From NCBI GenBank assembly GCA_013265495.1, contig MU063444.1, positions 880,195 through 944,194 on the forward strand: a stretch of DNA of 64,000 bases. The letters are read 5' to 3'. The DNA is from Vicugna vicugna (lineage: Eukaryota). Made by a program: the position numbers and the translations under genes. Positions 60,701 to 64,000 of this stretch are shown here, one piece after another (within the stretch, counting starts at the first letter, position 1; each line of letters starts with the position of its first letter). The notes below the pieces were generated by a model. It was given only the letters and a program-made list of their open reading frames with translations, was not told the DNA's origin and made no database searches.

Positions 60701-62923
60701 TATTTGACCAGGAATTTCAAGTCAAGACCTCACGTTTTATCAGCGCTGGAATGAAATCTTTTCTGAAAAATCTACATTGGTTTTGGACGGAGGAGAGATT
60801 AGCCCAGTTTAGAACTGGCATTTGGAATCACCAGCTCTTCTGGGTGGTTAGGCAGCTCTTCTTAGTAGAACTTGCTTTCCTGCTAACTGCCTGAATTTGC
60901 CCTGCCTACGTAGAAGGGAGGGGGACTCAGAGCAGAACAGGAGGAACGTTGCAGGGGGTACATTTTAAGCAAGTGCCTGGGGTTACAAACAAATGTTCTG
61001 TGATCGCTCCTTTGGAGTTAGTGTAGTCTGAGAAAAACATCATCTGTGCTTGTTTAGCGTATTAGTAATAATGCTCTGCCAGTGAAATGCTACTAGTATT
61101 TGAGCTAGTAAATATGCAAAGTATCGTGGTTTGGTCCACTGCAAGCATGATCTCCTTGATTCTTTCAACAGGGTAGGAGATGGGGATGGTGCCCATTGCA
61201 CTAACGAGGGCACCGAGGCCCCTAGAAGCAAAATCACTTGCTGTGGGCTCAGCTGGCAGGCAGTCTTGTCCAGTCCATCACACTGTGGCTCTGTTTATAC
61301 GTACAGTCCACGTGAAAGGGGCGAAACATCTGCTCTTGTGCACCACAGGGAGGAAGTGTGCCCACTTGCCTGACAGAAGAGACCCGAAGATTTCTCTTCC
61401 ATTCCTTCCTCCCTTCTCTCCCGTCCAGTCTCTCGCTGCTGTGGGAGGCATGCTTGTGTTGAGAACATTCAGCCAAGCAAACCGGATGGTCTGACTGATG
61501 AGAAATCACAAGACGAAACCATGTCTTGGGTTTTTCTATAATGCGGGATCTTGAATTTGCAAAGCAAGAAAAGAAAAACAAAGTAAGAATTCACGTGACA
61601 TTTCCTCCACCAAGTTTAATTAAATTGGGCAGCTTGAAATGAGCTTTGGTCCCTCTCCCTCCCCGTCGCACATGTGTGGATGGGTTTTCTCTACTTGTTT
61701 GTCTAAGATTTCATAGCTTTCTGTCACCTCCCTTCTGGAGCTGGTAAAGGAAACAGGCGATGGCTCTGTTCCTTCACTCCGGACAGCTCTCTGCCAGGAG
61801 TGCTGTGTCTTCCTAAGAAGGATTCCTGGTTCATCCTCTGTCTTTGGGCTTCTGTGGCCGTGAGAACACGGAGTGAAGATTTGGGGCCTCCGTTACCTGG
61901 GTCCTGGCATTTAATTCTCTCTCGAAATACTTGAACTAAGTCTGGGTAGAAGAAGTTGGCAGAAAGAAAACCACTGGTTCTGGTAATTTTCATAACTAAG
62001 CAATACTGACTTCCCTTTTCATGGCTTACTATTACTGATTATTTACTGTGATCCATTCGTTATAGACTGCCTGGTCATTGTCCTTGGTGTCTTCTAGCAG
62101 AAGTGAGTCATTTTTTCTTAATTTATGCATAAGTTTTCAGCATTTTGTGTATGAATAGCTGTGCAAACGTTAAGGAATGAATTTTAAAGGATGTTTTGAA
62201 CTTTTGGTCCCAAAAATATGGGGGGAAAAAAGCATTTCTTCTCTTTTCATTGACTGCTTTACAGAAACAGGTCGCGTTCTGTTCTTCTGCTGGGAAAAGA
62301 GAAACCTGACGTGACGAATGTGTTACAGACATGGCTGCCTCCCCTGCACACACGCCGTCTCTGAGTCTGCGCCTGGACCCCTTAGTTTATTTCTGCAGCG
62401 AGTGGGAAAGTTGCATCTGAATTTACGGACATTGCATTATTCCAGGCTAAGCATACACACAGGCTTTTGGAACAGCAATTGATGAGACGTGTGTTCTTGG
62501 AGATTTCATTGGTTAAGCTTGGGCGTTCACACAGCAGCCACAACGTAACTGTCCATCTCCCGGGAAGGATGGGAAGAGATTTCTCAGTGTCCTAAAGCTA
62601 AGACTAAATCCTCAGCTCTTTTGTTTACTGCCCTCTTCAGCCCAAGTTTTTGTGCCTCTGGGAGGAACCTGTCCAGTAAAATGAATGTTAGAAATGTGAG
62701 CCGGGCTGAGTGTCAGGAGGTGCTGAGTGGGCACCAGTTGCCCTTTCTGTTTCTGAACAGGTGGCCTCATAATCCATGTGGCCAATTTTACGTCTGCTGT
62801 ACTAACCTGAGAACAGGCGTTTTCCTCTGAAATCAAGGATTAGTAGCCCTACCAGATATTGAAATGTATTATAAAACTACAATCATGAAAAGAGCTTGGT
62901 CCTGCTGTATGAATGGACCTTTA

Positions 62924-63074
62924 TTATTTATTTTTTATGACTTCTTTTGGGGAGGGGGATTAGGTTTATTTGTTTATTTTAGTTTTCAAATTTTTAATGG
63001 AGGTGCTGGGAACTGAACCCAGGACCTCGTGCATGCCAGGCACACACTCTACCACTGAGCTACATCCTCCCCCC
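62924..63074 (-). mobile_element. Vic-1-type SINE, long tail
   Basis: Reverse complement GGGGAGGATGTAGCTCAGTGGTAGAG...GGTCCTGGGTTCAG; 13-bp TSD GA(A/G)TGGACCTTTA at 62911-62923 and 63075-63087. Confidence 0.92.
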
Positions 63075-63184
63075 GAGTGGACCTTTAGAACAACAGGAAA
63101 GACAAGAAAGCCTGGAAACAGACCCCCACATCCATGGGGAGATTTAGTAGATGATGTAAGTGTCATTTCAGGGCCATCTGGGGT

Positions 63185-63600
63185 GGTTATTCAATAAATA
63201 ATGCTGGGACAACTGGTTACCCTTTTGGAAAAAAATAAAAGTTAAATCCCAATTTACATCAAAATAAATTCCAGATGGTTCAGGGATCAAAATGTTAAAA
63301 GTAAAAATACGAAAGTATTAGAAGAATCCGTGGGAGAATTTACTATTATAATCCTCTTGCGGAAGCAGTCTTTCTGGGAAATACATGAAGCCCATAAAAC
63401 TTAAAGGAAAAAGAAATGGTAACCATTTGACAACATAAAATTTAAAATTTTCTGCAAGACAAAACATACGAAAAGTAAGGTCACAAGACAAGTGATAAGA
63501 TAAAGGCGGGAGACATTTGCAGTCTACCAAAAATGAACAAGCATGTATATAACAACAAAGTGCTCATTTACACAGCATGTCAAGAATTCTCATAAATCAG
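63185..63600 (+). mobile_element. Ancient L1 ORF2 fragment
   Basis: caataaataatgctgggacaactgg...aaaataaattccagatgg...tttgacaacataaaatttaaaattttctg. Confidence 0.8.
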
Positions 63601-63742
63601 GGGGAGGGTGTAGCTCAGTGGTAGAGCACATGCATAGCATGCACGAGGTCCTGGGTTCAATCCCCAGTGCCTCCTCCAAAAGTAAGTAAGTAAACCTTAT
63701 TACCTACCCCTCCCCCCAAAAAAACTTTAAAAAATAAAAAAT
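63601..63742 (+). mobile_element. Vic-1-type SINE, long tail, inserted in L1 relic
   Basis: GGGGAGGGTGTAGCTCAGTGGTAGAGCAC...GGTCCTGGGTTCAATCCCCAG; 17-bp TSD GAATTCTC(A/G)TAAATCAG at 63584-63600 and 63743-63759. Confidence 0.94.
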
Positions 63743-64000
63743 GAATTCTCGTAAATCAGAGCCAATCCCAACCTTCCCAGCCCCCGTGCTCTTACTGACT
63801 GCACTGTACTGTGTGAGAATTAAATAATAAGCTTTTGTCACAGTGCCTAAGACGGAGCAAGCACGCAAATAAATAGCTGTATTCATTTCTATTAATGGTA
63901 ATGATACCGGTGACAACAGCACAGTTTTATATAAAAGGACGCTACATTTGGTATACTGTTCTATAGCTGTCTCTCTCCCTCCGTGAAGTCAAGCCTCTAA

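Noticed and set aside
9261-63742. Seven tRNA-like A-box/B-box sequences as tRNA genes
   Set aside because: All have A-rich tails, most have TSDs, and they carry indels or mismatches that break the cloverleaf: SINEs, not tRNAs.
1-64000. Other MYRIP exons, CRISPR arrays, rRNA, snRNA/snoRNA, NUMT or viral coding inserts
   Set aside because: I found no MGRKLDLS-type exon 2 or LLRAQSLEWF-type exon 4, no repeat-spacer array and no recognisable structural RNA or viral/mitochondrial sequence. A manual read could miss diverged examples; Rfam and BLAST would settle it.

Overview
Mammalian, repeat-rich intronic DNA. Vic-1-type tRNA-derived SINEs point to a camelid (alpaca/llama/camel). The only coding sequence I can support is one 222-nt exon on the + strand (40020-40241). 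It encodes the end of the Rab27-binding helix and the FYVE-type zinc finger of MYRIP (Slac2-c), and is the orthologue of human exon 3. The supplied ORF track misses this frame and lists only its shadow frames. Everything else is the two long flanking introns, filled with L1, L2, MIR, ERVL/MaLR LTR and hAT relics, seven Vic-1-type SINEs and microsatellites. Family names for old repeats are recognised from memory, and their boundaries are approximate. I found no prokaryotic-type or clearly new multi-gene system. The best second-look signal is a set of local AT-to-GC substitution bursts that look like GC-biased gene conversion. One appears to cover the exon (71 of 73 codons end in G/C) and a neighbouring L1 copy that can be compared with an in-window paralogue. 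Other leads: a hairpin target site hit twice by SINEs, an inverted SINE pair, a 4-site NR5A/ERR motif cluster, a canonical CTCF core and an unassigned solo LTR.
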